Shown piece after piece: positions 28,250 to 57,217 of a stretch of 64,000 nucleotides of DNA. Location of the stretch: positions 4,278,001 through 4,342,000 of the forward strand of contig CM022669.1 in assembly GCA_012295275.1 (NCBI GenBank). Direction: 5' to 3'. The position numbers and the translations under genes were made by a program. This DNA comes from Chrysomallon squamiferum. Lineage: Eukaryota; Animalia; Mollusca. The stretch's first letter is position 1; every line of letters starts with the position of its first letter. The notes below the pieces were generated by a model. That model had not been told where the DNA came from. It saw only the letters and a list, made by a program, of their open reading frames with translations, and searched no databases.

Positions 28250-28934
28250 TTGCTAAGCAATATAGTACTCACATTATTACTTTCTGTTATATTTATTGCT
28301 TTCTTAACGAAAATAAAACTACTTATGTCTGCAATCAAATCTTATATCGCAATAAACTGTTAACCTTTGTTTCAGCTTTTACCAAAATCTTTTGTATCTA
28401 TAAATATCATTTTAATGCAATTTATTACCAAACTGATTAATTAAGTAGTATAATTTAATAACTGTTTCTGGTTAATTAGTTAAGATACAAAATATGTTTT
28501 ATGAAATTAATGTATTTACTTATTTCCGATAGAAAATATATAAGAAAGTAGGTTAATAAATATATTCCTTTAGTTCAGACATGAATCTTTATCTATATAT
28601 ATATATATATATAGAAGAGACAGACAGATAGGTATACATATAACTACCAGATACACTTAATTTAATTTATTAATTAGCATTAGACTGAGAGTAATAGATA
28701 GATATATATATATATATATATATAGATATACATTCTTACCTTGTACGCATTTCCCAGATGAAGTTCACTAAGTATGTTGTGAACTTGGTGAAGATCTCCT
28801 TTCCCGTACTTCACCTTCACGTCATAAAGCAAATAATTTTTCATCTCCATTTTTATTTCGTGTTCTCCGTAAACGGCAGCAACAGTGTGGGCAACGACGA
28901 CAGACAACACAACAGCACTCATGATCAACGTCAT
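25718..28934 (-). CDS. Secreted protein (~393 aa) with two related alpha/beta domains (possibly dimeric alpha-beta barrel/muconolactone isomerase-like fold) and a Gly/Tyr/Lys-rich C-terminal tail
   Basis: Exons 28934-28740, 27991-27964 (28-nt microexon), 27342-27127, 26707-26607, 26359-25718. All junctions are GT-AG and phases match (0,1,1,0). Signal peptide MTLIMSAVVLSVVVAHTVAA. Tail has GGYG/AGYG/SGY repeats. The fold assignment is inference only. Confidence 0.82.
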
Positions 28935-29572
28935 CACTGATTTTAGAGAAATGTAGAAGAGAGTGCGTTAAAGAAACGCTTTGACACAAGGCTCTGACCG
29001 GCTAGTTCTTATAACAGAGGTAGCAACATGGGGCATGGCAGAGTTCAACGTGGTAGCCGTCACTTGTCACTGTGTTGGTTTTCTCTAAAATGTTTATTGT
29101 CGTCGTCCGTGGAGCTGCTGTTCACGATAATCCTCGTGCGACAGCAAACCTGGCAGGCACATCATTTTATTGAATGAACTGAAATTCTGCCATTTTAATT
29201 TCTTAAGGTAAGCAGATTAATTTAATTGGAGGTGAGAATTAAAAAAGGATCAGCAAAATAAATGTTTCTGTGTTTAATGAATAGCTGGAAATCAGTATGG
29301 TATATTTTATGTTTTATGTGCAAAAGAAATAAAAATCCGTGTGTCCGGATGTCTGTGTGTGTAAGTCGTTGAGTCTGTCACAACTGTACTTATTAATCAG
29401 CATAAGCAATTTTAGTATTATTTCAATATGTAGATATACTTTTAACACACATTCATGTAGACAAATACCCACATACATACATACATACATACATACATAC
29501 ACACACATACACATACACATACATAATACATATACAATTCTACATACAAACATACATACATACATACATACA

Positions 29573-29606
<34 letters not shown>

Positions 29607-30011
29607 CATACAAATAATATTATGCCTAAATAATAAATATAATAATGCGTTTACATTCACAGAAAGAGCGCTGAAGATGCAAATAATATAACTAAACAGT
29701 GTTTTACTGGATGCAGTTTCTCTACAAACCCATTTAAACGTTTATTTTACATTAGTCTCAAACACGCATTCAAACGGAATGTTGACAAGTTAAAACAGCA
29801 ATGTAATTATAGCTGTTTAATTCACTTATAATAAATACTCCATTCATGACGAAATACCAGTATCTCGGATTTTACTTTTTTTGTACGATATAAACAATTT
29901 AGATTTCCTATCATGCTGGGCTGTTATCTGTGTATATCAATGCATACAGAGAGACGAGAGATAGAAGTATTAAGTGACTCGTGGTACAGTAGCACGTGGT
30001 AGATAACAAGC

Positions 30012-31039
30012 ATGGCGGATACGTCGGACCTACGGAGAAGAAAACGAGACAAAAAGAGGTTATCGCGGACGAAAAACAGGATAATCTCGTCACACGGTTA
30101 GATTATCTCTTCAAATACGTTCATTAATAAAAACCATTTCATTTAACGATTTAAATTGCTTAACGGTTTTCCTCCAGGCAGCTTCTGTTCTGTTTCGTTT
30201 TTGCTTGAACGTGTTGTAAGTTTTGTGATGTGTTTTTTAATGCTATGTTATTTTTGTATAACACAGTGTCTAAACTGTACGGCGATTAGTTAGATTTAAC
30301 TAGTAAACTTTAAGCAAAGGTTTCAGTTCTCTCTGACATTTTCCGCAGTGCTGTGTCGAAGATCTGATGAAAGATTTAATATTTGTTATAACATCTTTTT
30401 GATTGAATAACGTGAGTAGAAAATATCAGAAAATTATCTTAGTATTTTCAGTCTAAATTTTTTGATGATAATAATAATTAATTAATTAATAACAACAACG
30501 ACAACGACAATAACAAAATAATAATAATAATAATAATAATAACACATATATACATAATATACATACTATATAATAATTTACATTTTTATATTACACACTT
30601 TAAATAGAAGTTTAAAGTAATCATTATAACAGGCAACTCCAAACAATGAACGCGTTTCTCACTAGCAACGTTGTTATGTCGTTTATCTAAAAGCTATTAT
30701 CAGATACAATTTATAACTGTAACAAAGAATTATTATTGGACTTTATCAGTGGTTTGCCCCCCTGCCCAAGATCGGCATACTTAGAATACGTTAAAATGTA
30801 CACGTTTGAATCGGGTCACATCGGTGCACGACGCTTTCTGCCGAAGTGTCACGAACATACACGATCTATAACTGTATTCATCGTTGTAACGTAATGCGAT
30901 TATGACGTCAGCAATGGTTTTAGATTAGTAAGGAAAGCGCTTGTCAAACTACGATGTTTGCATTATACTGTTATTCTTTCAGCCAAGAATACAAAGACGG
31001 TAAAAAAAATATATTTATTTATTTATTTGTTTAATCGTT

Positions 31040-31075
<36 letters not shown>

Positions 31076-32163
31076 TTATGTTTATTGTTGTTTTTTGTTT
31101 TGCTAAGGGTGTTTTTTTGTTTGTTTTGTTTTTGGTTTAGTTATTTATTATTTTGCAGTTTAATTTTATTTTAAATTTATAGTGTATTAATTAATTAATA
31201 CTGTTTAATAATTTGTTAAGATTATTCAGAATTATGTTTAGTTTAATATAAACACGGTTTATTTATTTTAATATTACTTTAATTTAACCATAGCACGTCA
31301 TAATGGTAATACATATTTGAGAGTAAGTTCTAAATCATACAACACAGAATGATAGATTAACAGTGAATCTTAAACAAATAAATGTATAAGAATCATACTT
31401 GTTATTTAACAGAGGCAAAAGCGATGAAGATGACGAGACTAAATTTCACTATGATTTGTGGCTATTACTGGCTGTTGAGAATTGGATATTCGATTTTGGT
31501 CGACCGATTGCAGCGGTTTGTATTCATTTTCCGTTTATAAATACATAAATAAAATAAAATGCAATACAGCGTATTTCCAGACACACACAAATATGTATGT
31601 ATCTGTGTATGTATGTCTTTATGTATGTATACATGGATGTATGTATGTATGGATGGATGGATGGATGGATGGATGAATTGATGTATGAATCTATGGATGT
31701 ATGTGTGTGTGTGTGTACGTATGAGGGTGTATTATTATCATCATCAACAACATCATGTTGTTGTTGTTGTTGTTGTGCTTTTGTTGTTTTTCTCATTTTG
31801 TTGTGCTTGTTGTTTTTGTTATTTATTTGTTTCCGTCGTTGCAGATATTTGTGCCAGTCGAATGGTTTCCTATGAACAAGCCGAGTGTTGGAGACTACTT
31901 CCACATGGCGTACAACGTCATCACGCCATTTTGTTTACTAAAGGTACGTCGTCGTTTGAAGTTAGGTGAACTGGTTCATTTTTTATCGGATTTTTCAAAC
32001 TTGATTTACCCTGTCACCTCACTTCACAAACCCTTCAGCAACTTCCATTGTTTAATCACGATTCACGTCATCAGACTTTATACAGCAATTTATGAAATAT
32101 TTTTGCTGAATGAATAAACATTTAACTATATAACTACCTCTCAAATCTGTCTTTCTATTACTG

Positions 32164-32199
<36 letters not shown>

Positions 32200-32285
32200 C
32201 TTACTTAATTACTTACGTACTTACTTATAAAATATTTATTATTAGTAGTAGTAGTAGTATTGTTGTTATTGTTGTTATTGCTACT

Positions 32286-32326
<41 letters not shown>

Positions 32327-32380
32327 TATTATTATTATTGCTATTAATGTTATTGTTTTGTTTCTTATTGTTATTATTAT

Positions 32381-32436
<56 letters not shown>

Positions 32437-32665
32437 TTGCTTTTTTGTTAGTACTGTTATCATTATCGTCATCATCATCACCAATATCATCATCATCATC
32501 ATCATTATTATTATTGTTGTTGTTGTAGTTGGTCTTGTTGTTAATATTATTATCATCATCATCTTCATCGTCGTCATTATTATTGTTATTGTTGTTGTTG
32601 TCGTTGTCGTCGTCGTTATTATTTTTGTTGTTGCTGCTATTGTTTTTGTTTTTGTTATTATTATG

Positions 32666-32722
<57 letters not shown>

Positions 32723-34606
32723 TTTATTTTACTTTTTATTTTCATTTAATTATTTATTAAAACACATTTTATCAAACATTAATATATTTCTACAATGATA
32801 AAATGACAAGAAAGATGACGTTACCAGTGCGCTCTGAAGAAAGGTCATATATTATTCTTACCAAATCGCGTTCTTTATTGCGCCGGAACAGGAAACAGTG
32901 GACTGATCACATGATCCATTACGTATCAAATGAAATGTTCGTGTTAAAAACTAATTTACATCTATACTTTTTAATTTTAATTTTTTTTTTTTTTTTTCCT
33001 TTTCCCCAGTTGCAAGAGAGAAGTCGAACAAAAATATCTTCAACATTCACCTATCTGACATTGATTACATTTGTGATGGGTGCCAGTATCCACCTTGTGG
33101 GCGACTCCATCAATCACCGCCTCACGTTGCTAGGTTACCAGCTCCACCTTTCTGTCAGAGACAATCCCATAATGCAAAATTTGAAACCTCCTGGTCTGGT
33201 AAGTTTCTATAACATTTTTTTTTTTCGCTTTTTTCTTTCTTTTGTTTTCTCTCTTTCGTTTTCTTTCTTTCGTTTTTTTTTTTTTTTTTTTTTTTTTTTT
33301 TCTTTTTATTTCTTTGTTTTTCTTGTTCCATTTGTATATTTCTCTTATAATATGACTAAAATGAGAACTTTACGAAAAAATGTTTAATTTTGTTTCTAAA
33401 ATGTTTGATAACACATGTATTTTTTAATTTCTCTGCAACTAATTGCCTTCATCGTCATTCTAATTACTATTTTTATTATCATCATCATCGTTATTTATTT
33501 ATTACGTGTACGTTATTACTACTATAACAATGAGTTATCTTATCTTTCCAGGTTAGTTCTTTTGAACTTCTTTATAGCTACGACGAGGAAATAGGACATC
33601 TCATGTGGTATGCGAAGTAAACTTTAAACAACATCACATGTATCATCGTTAGCCTTATAGTCCTCACAATATATTTTCAGTAATCCATAATAAGATTCTG
33701 ATTTCTGTAAATTTACTGTAGTTATGCACTTAATCCAGCGCTCTGATACATGATTACAGTTCGTTACAACACGTATATGAAAGAACAAATACTATATCAG
33801 ATTCTGCAAAGCGGCAACAATCTATATTAGTATAATAATTATGTTTGAAGTGAGTTTTATTTTACTGTATTTTTTTTTTTTTTTTTTGGTGAGACTGTTG
33901 CAGATAAAATACATTGGTACCTCGACTTACGAGGTTTCCGAGTTACGAGCAAACTTCAAATACGCCGACGTTACTTGCCGCAACGAACAACACAACATCC
34001 GCCCAGCATCCCGCATCTCACTCGTTTGCTTGATGTTATTACCTCGCCGCGGTTGCATATCTGTTGTGTTGTACTCGAGTTTTCTGCAGTGTTTTGCCAA
34101 ATTTCCATAGATCCTAAGAAAGTGATTACAAAGGACAGTGCTGAGAAGAAGAACCGAATGATGTCCATTGAATTAAAGCATGAAATCATAGAAAAACATG
34201 TGCGCGTAGTGGCTAGGCAGTACGAGCGTAGTACTTTTACGATATGTACCATACTGAAGCAGAACAAGTCGATGAAGGTTATAACTCCAGCAAAAAGCGT
34301 TAAAATAATTTCTTACCTGCGGATCTCCGTCCATGAAAAGATTAAGAAACCCTAGGCCTGTAAACTTTACAAAACCAAATTATTTTTTTACATTCTCTTT
34401 TATTTTTTTTTTTACAATATTTGTAATTTATAAACACATTTGTCTTATTTAAAAGCATGTTATAAAAAATTGGAGCGGTTTTGGGGGGCTGGAACGGATT
34501 AATTGTATTTCATTTAAATTTCAACGGGAAAACTGATTTGATATACGAGTAATTGATTTACGAGCTCGGTCACGGAATGAATTAAACTTGCAAGTCAAGG
34601 TAACAC

Positions 34607-34665
<59 letters not shown>

Positions 34666-36182
34666 CATTTGATATCTTGGCCCTACTCCAAAACAGTGCA
34701 TAGCTGTCTGGCCCCCTCTCTCCAAAAGGTTGCCGACCCCTGCATTAATGGTTCTTTTCTTCTCTATACACTAACAATAAACGTTTTACGCCTGGTAGTT
34801 GATAATACTGATAACAACATTACGGATTATGGGTCGTTAATTTATTAATGCATTCGCACAAATAGCCAGATATTTTACTACATAAATAATTAATTGAACT
34901 AGATCTTATATCCTAACTGAAGAAAAACGTATTTACGAATAAATCTCCGTAACAAAAAAATTGAATAATATCTACTTCTACTCAGTGACACGACACATTA
35001 ATTTATCGACGGCTTGTTTAGTCGTTTCCTGCCCGCGAGAAGGTTATCAAAGAGATCACGTGTTGCTAACTGATAAGAGCAAATCGCTATTTTACAGCAG
35101 CGTTTTCTCTTACTCATCTCTGTTATTATCTGACTCTAACAGTATTAAATAAAAAAATGTACTGAAATTCTGTTAATTCCTTTATACATTTTTTATCTTT
35201 TTATTATTATTATTATACATTTTTTATTATTATAATTATTATTTTTTTTTTTAGGTACATTCCTTTCTTTCTCAGCTTTTTCTTGTACTTCATGGGATGC
35301 TTCACAGCCAATAAAAATCCACCAAAACAAAGCACATCCTTAAACTGGTGGCTGTTGTTAATATTCAGTGCCGTTTATTACTGGTAAATTTCCTATGACT
35401 TTTGACAGACCCAGAGAATAAAAAAAAATACACTAATTCATTCAAAATGTATATGCATACATGCATACATACAGGTAGCCATGCAGAAACGTCTACATGT
35501 ATATGTACACATGTCAGTTCATACATACATAAACATACAGACATATAGATACTCATACTTTGTCGTATACGATGTTTACAAGTGTTGAAAAACAATATAA
35601 ATATTAGTTATTTTATTCATTTTTATATTTACTTATTTATCATTATTAAATGCAGTATTTGAAGTAAATATAGTAATATAGCAGAAATAGTAATAGTAGT
35701 AGTTGTAGTAGTTGTTATTGTTGCTGTAGATGTATATCTGTGCAAGTCTTTTTTTATTTTTTTTGTTTATCTGTTATGGTGGCACTGTGTTTTTATAATT
35801 ATTATTATTATTATTATTATTATTATTGTTGTTGTTGTTGTTGTTGTTGTTTTAAACGTAGATTATGTACACTGCTCATTAAATTACACTACAGAGTCAG
35901 TTTCTGTGTATTCTTTACAGGTATCTCGTAACAGAGGGCCAAATATTTCCTGTCTTCTTCGTAACAGTATGCAGCATGTTTGTCTGCGTCATAATACAGT
36001 CTCGTTCTGGTTTGCGGATGGATATTAACGGACTATTTCTTTTCTACACGTGCTGCGTAACCATGGTACTAGTGGGCATCTGGGTGGTGTGGTTGTGGAA
36101 AGATGCTGCACTGAGGGAGAAGTACCCGGGATTTCTGTACGTCCCTGAGCCTTGGGCTTATTATTCCTTATACTGGTCTTAG
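30012..36182 (+). CDS. CLN6: Ceroid-lipofuscinosis neuronal protein 6 homologue (ER multi-pass membrane protein)
   Basis: Exons 30012-30096, 31413-31515, 31845-31943, 33010-33198, 33552-33607, 35255-35383, 35921-36182. Recognisable CLN6 motifs: FHYDLW...[92 protein letters not shown]. Exon 1 needs one extra A in the run at 30051-30055, or an alternative weak splice site, to be in phase. Confidence 0.95.
32165..32720. repeat. Compound triplet microsatellite field (TTTA, CAT, TAG, ATT) in CLN6 intron 3
   Basis: Seen directly. Confidence 0.9.
33912..34608 (+). mobile_element. Internally deleted Tigger (pogo/TcMar) DNA transposon in CLN6 intron 5
   Basis: Degenerate TIRs CATTGGTACCTCGACTTACGAG and TAGTGTTACCTTGACTTGCAAG (reverse complement; 16/22 match), flanked by TA. 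Encodes a TIGD1-like N-terminal HTH remnant [45 protein letters not shown]. Confidence 0.85.
34665..34742. mobile_element. hAT-like transposon terminal fragment
   Basis: Ends in aaaaggttgccgacccctg (reverse complement CAGGGGTCGGCAACC), a typical hAT terminal inverted repeat; no partner end was seen. Confidence 0.5.
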
Positions 36183-36393
36183 CTGTAGGTTAAGGCTGCT
36201 GTTATTGATGATGTTGTTGACGATGATGATTTGATGATGACGACGACAACAATAACGAGGACAATAACAACAATAATAACTGATGTGACTGATGTGAAAC
36301 TAATGGAATTAAATTTTAAATTAACTTTAAAAAAATAATAATAAATAAATAAATATATAAATAAACAAATAAATAAATAATAACAACAACAAC

Positions 36394-36432
<39 letters not shown>

Positions 36433-37982
36433 TTAAAAAAAGTATTTAAATAATAACAATTAGAAGAAGATAAGGAAGAAGAAGAAGAAAAGTGATTATG
36501 GTGTTTATTTTATTTTCAATCACAGATCGCTTGTATCACAGTGAAAACATATATTAAATAAACAACTTTCTTTATATAATGATATCAGCACACACATATA
36601 TTGACAATATAGACACAAATCAAAAATGAGTGACATTTGAGAAACGCAGTGGTTAATTGGCAGACTCTTAATACAGTTTACTTACAGATTTTTGTCAAAT
36701 GTGTTTTTTAATAAAAATGTTTTGTAAACAGTAAACAAAGTATAAGTAAAAGTAAAGCAAAAATTTCATATAATTAAAATAATTGGGATTAAATAAAATA
36801 TATTCATCTCAAAATACTCAACAAAAATTTAAGATAATATTCCCAATACTATAATACATTTAGAAAAAAAAATTATTCTAATAATTTTAATTTTAAATCT
36901 TTATTATTATTTTAGCAAAAATAAGACTGTAATTTTAGTAAAGAAAAAAAACAAAAAAAAAAACAACAACAAAAAATCAGATTATTGTGATGAGTTAATA
37001 TAATACTGCAAACAGTTAACTGCTTTTATAAGTCGTGACATATGTAAATATCATTTTATGATGCATTTTATAACGGCCTGATGTTAATTAAAAACTATAA
37101 CGGTCAGACTTTGAAGTTGTAAATCTGCTGATTATACATTTATATCTGTCCATCTATCTTTCTATCTATCTATCTATCTATCTATCTATATGTATGTATG
37201 TATGTATAGACACAAACAAACACACACACACATACACACAGACGTTTTTAGTAGCATATAAAGTATGCAAACTGTACTTTTTATTATAATTTGTGATAGT
37301 TATTTAGTAGAAATTAAACATATAAAAATCAGTATAAGTAAGTATATGCATCATACGAAGTGTTACTTTCTTGGATTATTAAGTTATATAAATGTCACTT
37401 CATATAAACGTTGTTTAATGCTAAATTATTAAAATAGTGAGTTATTTTGTTTAGAAGCAGTGGCTCATATTAGCACCACTTTGTCTTCATTTAAATTATT
37501 TGAGTTTTAAAATATTTTGTTCCTTATCTTTAAAAGTAATGTGATTATATAAATCTTCGTTTCATGTTGATTTCAGTACTAACCTATTCAATTTGGAAGC
37601 GACTTTGAGTTTTCTAAATTCCCTTACTAAACCATTAAAATGGTCTTTTAGTTTGAAAATATACTAGAAACAAAATAAAACTATATATAAGAAGAATGTA
37701 AATTACAGATTAATGAATTTAGTAATAAAAATATTAACTTAAAAACATCTCTTTATGTTGATTTCAACATGAAATTACTTCAAAATGTTTGTTACTCATT
37801 TTGTAGTTAACCCCACACACCAACCACAAAAAACACTTCATTATAATTTCGCAATATTAAAACGTTAGTCAGCCATAACGAAATTTCCTACGTTTTTGGC
37901 AATTTTCTCTGCTGTAGTTGAATTCGTTCAAAGATAAAGAATATAACTGTAGTCTTGTATTGATTCAATTCTCTGTCCAAAA

Positions 37983-44678
<6,696 letters not shown>

Positions 44679-45164
44679 TTTCTGACAGCCTAAAATATAA
44701 TTATTAAAATATTCTAAATTAGAACGAGTATGGCCGTGGGTATCACCAGTCTGCAGACGATGAGTTGTTTTATGTCTATAATGTGTATGTGTATGTTTGT
44801 GTATGTGTGTGCGTGTGTGTGTGTGTTTGTGACCTTATTATAATACTGTATCAATGTTACTGTTACTATTGTTACTACTATGACAGTTTCTACTATTGAA
44901 ATTCTGGTGTTACTAATATTACTACTACTATTATTACAAATCAATTAGTCATATTACTAAATAATAATAATATAAAACAATGCATATCATCACTATTACT
45001 ACTACACCTACTACTACTACTGCCAATAATAATAATAATAATACAAAAACTGCAGTTACTACAACTACTATTAATATCAACACTACCTTTACTACTAACA
45101 ACAATAATAACCCAGGTGATAATTAATGTAATAATACAGCCGTCATTAATTAACAGCAACAGCA

Positions 45165-45217
<53 letters not shown>

Positions 45218-45367
45218 CATAGTTATTGTTGTTATTATTGGTGTTGTTGTTGGTGGTGGTGTTAGTAATATTAACTATTTCTAATATTACTATCACTACT
45301 AATAACACTACAGCAACAGCAAAAACAGCAGGAGCATCAACAACAAAAATAATAATAATAATAACAC

Positions 45368-45427
<60 letters not shown>

Positions 45428-46403
45428 TACCCAGACACAAACCTGAGTTTGAATTTAATATTTAACTGGAAACAGCACGCAGCAATAAAACAACTGTCTC
45501 GAAGTTTGTCCAAGTTTGAAATAAAATCTTTGTTAACCGTTATACACCCGAATAATGTGTTTTCAGTCAGAGATAATTACGAGTAGCTACGACCTCCTAC
45601 TGCAGGAGGCCACGTCTAATCAAGACAGATCAATTTCGAGAAAAACGCGGTTATTATTTTGTACTGAGTAGGTCACTTGGTCCAGTGCCTCCAGGTAATA
45701 GCTGAATATACATTAATCAAAAATGTAAAATAAAACTGTTGTTCGATAATAACATTTTACGGCATGTGTCAATACATTTTCAATAAAGTCGCTGTACGTA
45801 CGTTTCAGTCGCGTGTGCAAAGATACGTATAAATATAAAAGTAGCGAACAAAGAGATAGAAATGGGTCTATATGTTTTCGTTAAAATAAATGTAAGATGG
45901 ATTTCATGTTATTAAAATAAATATGTTTAGCTATCGTTAAGCCATTGTTTCGATCATTCAGTTATTAATTTCAACTGGTATAACGTGGGTGTTGCCACAA
46001 GGACGGGCGCAGAGTTCCTAGGTACTCTTGTACTCTTGTGGACTAATGGAAGAGGTTCGGGGGTGACTAATTCCAACGGGTTTAGGGGTGCAGTACACTT
46101 GCATTGCTCCCGGGTCTTCCAAACAACGCCACGAATAATAGTCTACAGCCTGTGCATATATTAACATGTTGACAGTATTCGTATTTTATTTAAAAGTTAC
46201 AGAACGAGAAAACAAAAGTAAAATGAAGACTAACGTTTGCTAATAATAAAGTAAAATTACAACAAACAAAATTCTGTGAGGAAATACGGAAACGGATATT
46301 TTGCAATATATATTGATGCTTGAAAAAGTTCTCAGGTTGATTTAAGATCAGGCATTACTATATGATAAACTTAGTTACAGCCAAAAAAAAAAAAAAAAAA
46401 AAA

Positions 46404-46460
<57 letters not shown>

Positions 46461-47528
46461 TATGATAAATTATTATTACAAATAAACAAGGAATACGTGA
46501 CCTGAATTAAGTATATATATTTCAATAAACAAAGCCTCAACGCACAGTGAAACAAACACAATGGACAGTTACTCAGTTTTGTAACTGATCTGGCTGAGAA
46601 TGGCTGACAGGTGCACTCTGATTCTGTTCTTGTGCCGACCAAAGTTCTCTTCTGTTTTCTTTAATAATAAAACTTATATCATCTTGAAAAACATGCGGCA
46701 ATGGAGCGCTTGTTTTTTAAATTATGTATCCGAACAGGCCTGTTCATAGTGTCTGATCAGTTTCAAAATGTTTTTAATGCAGTGTGATTAAAGGGACATA
46801 ACTCCGTCTAATTCAGTTTCTTCTTCAGATGTCTTATTTCTCATAGTTCTAATGATGAACAATACACATCATCTACTGAGACATATTTTAATGTTTTTAA
46901 CCTTTTTAATAATAATAATAAATAAATTAATAAATAATAACAATTAAAAGAAGACAAGTAAGAAAAAGAAAATTGTTTATGATGTTTATTTTAGGAGTAA
47001 CTTTCAATCACAGATCGCTTGTATCACAGTGAAAATATGTATAATAAACTTTCCTTTATATAATGATACAAATACACAGTCAAGGTGACAATATACACAC
47101 AAATATAAAATAACCGGATTTTTGTAACACAGTGGCTAACTAGTAGAGTCTAGGTTCAGTTAAACTACAAATTCAAAACATCACTTTATGTTGATTCAAT
47201 ATAAAATTATTTCAAAATTTTAGTTTTTCAATTTGTAGTAACCCCACCCCAAAAAAACACTTTATTATAATTGCTCAGTATTATTTTATAATAAGTCTCT
47301 CGTAGTGATTAACACTGCTTTATCTTCAATATATTAAAGCACAATTATAAATAGTGTTTAAAATTCCTCGGTACAGAACTTATTAAAGTATTTAATCGAC
47401 AGTAATCTACAATTGTTTATCACAAAACGTCAGTCAGCCGTGACTAAATTTCCTCTGCTGTAGTTGAATTCGTCCAAAGATAAAGAATATAACTGTAGTC
47501 TTGTATTGATTCCATTCTCTGTCTGAAA

Positions 47529-55524
<7,996 letters not shown>

Positions 55525-55619
55525 TTTCTGTCAGCCTAAAATACAATTATTAAAATATTCTAAATTAGAACAAGTATGGCCGTGTGTATCACCAGTCTAC
55601 AGACGATGAATTGTTTTAT

Positions 55620-55965
55620 GTATGTGTATTTTTATGTTTATGTTTATTTGTATGTGTATGTGTATCTGCATGTGTATGTGTATGTGTATATGTGTGTATG
55701 TGTATGTGTATGTGTATCTATATGTGTATGAGTATGAGTGTGTATGTGTGTGTATTTGTATGTGTATGTGTATGTGTGTGTTTATTTGTATGTGTATGTG
55801 TATGTGAATGTGTATGTGTATGTGTGTGTATGTGTATGTGTGTATGTGTGTACGTGTATCTGTATGTGTATGTGTATGCGTATGCGTATGTGTATGTGTA
55901 TGTGTATGTGTATGTATGTGTATGTGTGTGTATATGTTATGGATGTGAATGTGTATGTGTATGTG
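55620..55965. repeat. (GTATGT)n-like hexamer expansion in the 5' UTR intron of copy B
   Basis: Seen directly; much shorter in copy A (~44780-44830). Confidence 0.85.
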
Positions 55966-56307
55966 ATCTTATTATAATACTGTATAAATACTGTTACTGT
56001 TGCTATTCTTAATACAATGAAAGTTTCTACAATTAAAATGGTGGTGTTTCTAATATTACTACAACTATTATTATACATGCATTACTCGTATCAATAATAA
56101 AATGTATAAATAATATTACAAAATGCACATCACCACTACTGATACTACAAATACTAACAAAAAAAAAGCTGCAGTTACTACAGCTACCATCAGATTTAAC
56201 GCTACCATTACCACTAACAACAGTAATAGCTCAGATTTATAATTTAAGCAAAAGTACTACGACTGTTAATAAGTATAATAACAGCAAGAGCAAAATGATT
56301 AATAATC

Positions 56308-56367
<60 letters not shown>

Positions 56368-57114
56368 TACTTAGACACAAACCTTACTTTGAAGTTAATA
56401 TTTACCTGTAAACACAACGCAACAGTAAAACAACTGTCTCGAAGTTTGTTCAAGTTTGAAATAAAATCTTTCTTATCTGTTATCCACCCGAACAATGTGT
56501 TTTCAGTCAGAGATAATTACGAATAGCTACGACCTCCTATTGTACGAGACAAGTCTAATCAAGAAAGGTGGATTCCGAGGAAAACGGTTACTAATTTTAA
56601 TTGAGTAGGTGACTTGGTCGCGTGCGTCCACATTATAGCTGAATATACATTACTCAAGGATGTAAAATAAAACTATTGTTCGGTAATAACATTTTACAGC
56701 ACGTGTCAATAGATTTTCAATAACGTCGTTGTACGTACGCTTCAGTCGCTTGTGCAAAGATACATATAAATAAAAAAGACGCGAACGAAGAGATAGAAAT
56801 GGGTCTCTATGATTTCGATAAAACAAATATAAGACAGAGTTCATAATATTAAAATGTGCTTATATTAATATGTTGACGACATTCGTATTTTATTAAAAAG
56901 TTACAGAACGAGAAAAAAAAAGTAAAATGAAGACTAACGTTTGCTAATAATCAAGTAAAATTACAACAAACAAAATTCTGTGAGGAAATACGGAAACGGA
57001 TATTTTGCAATATATATTGATGCCTGAAAAAGTTCTCAGGTTGATTTAAGATCAAACATAATAATAATATTATGATAAACATAATAACAGCTAAAAAAAT
57101 AATAATAAAAAAAA

Positions 57115-57217
<103 letters not shown>

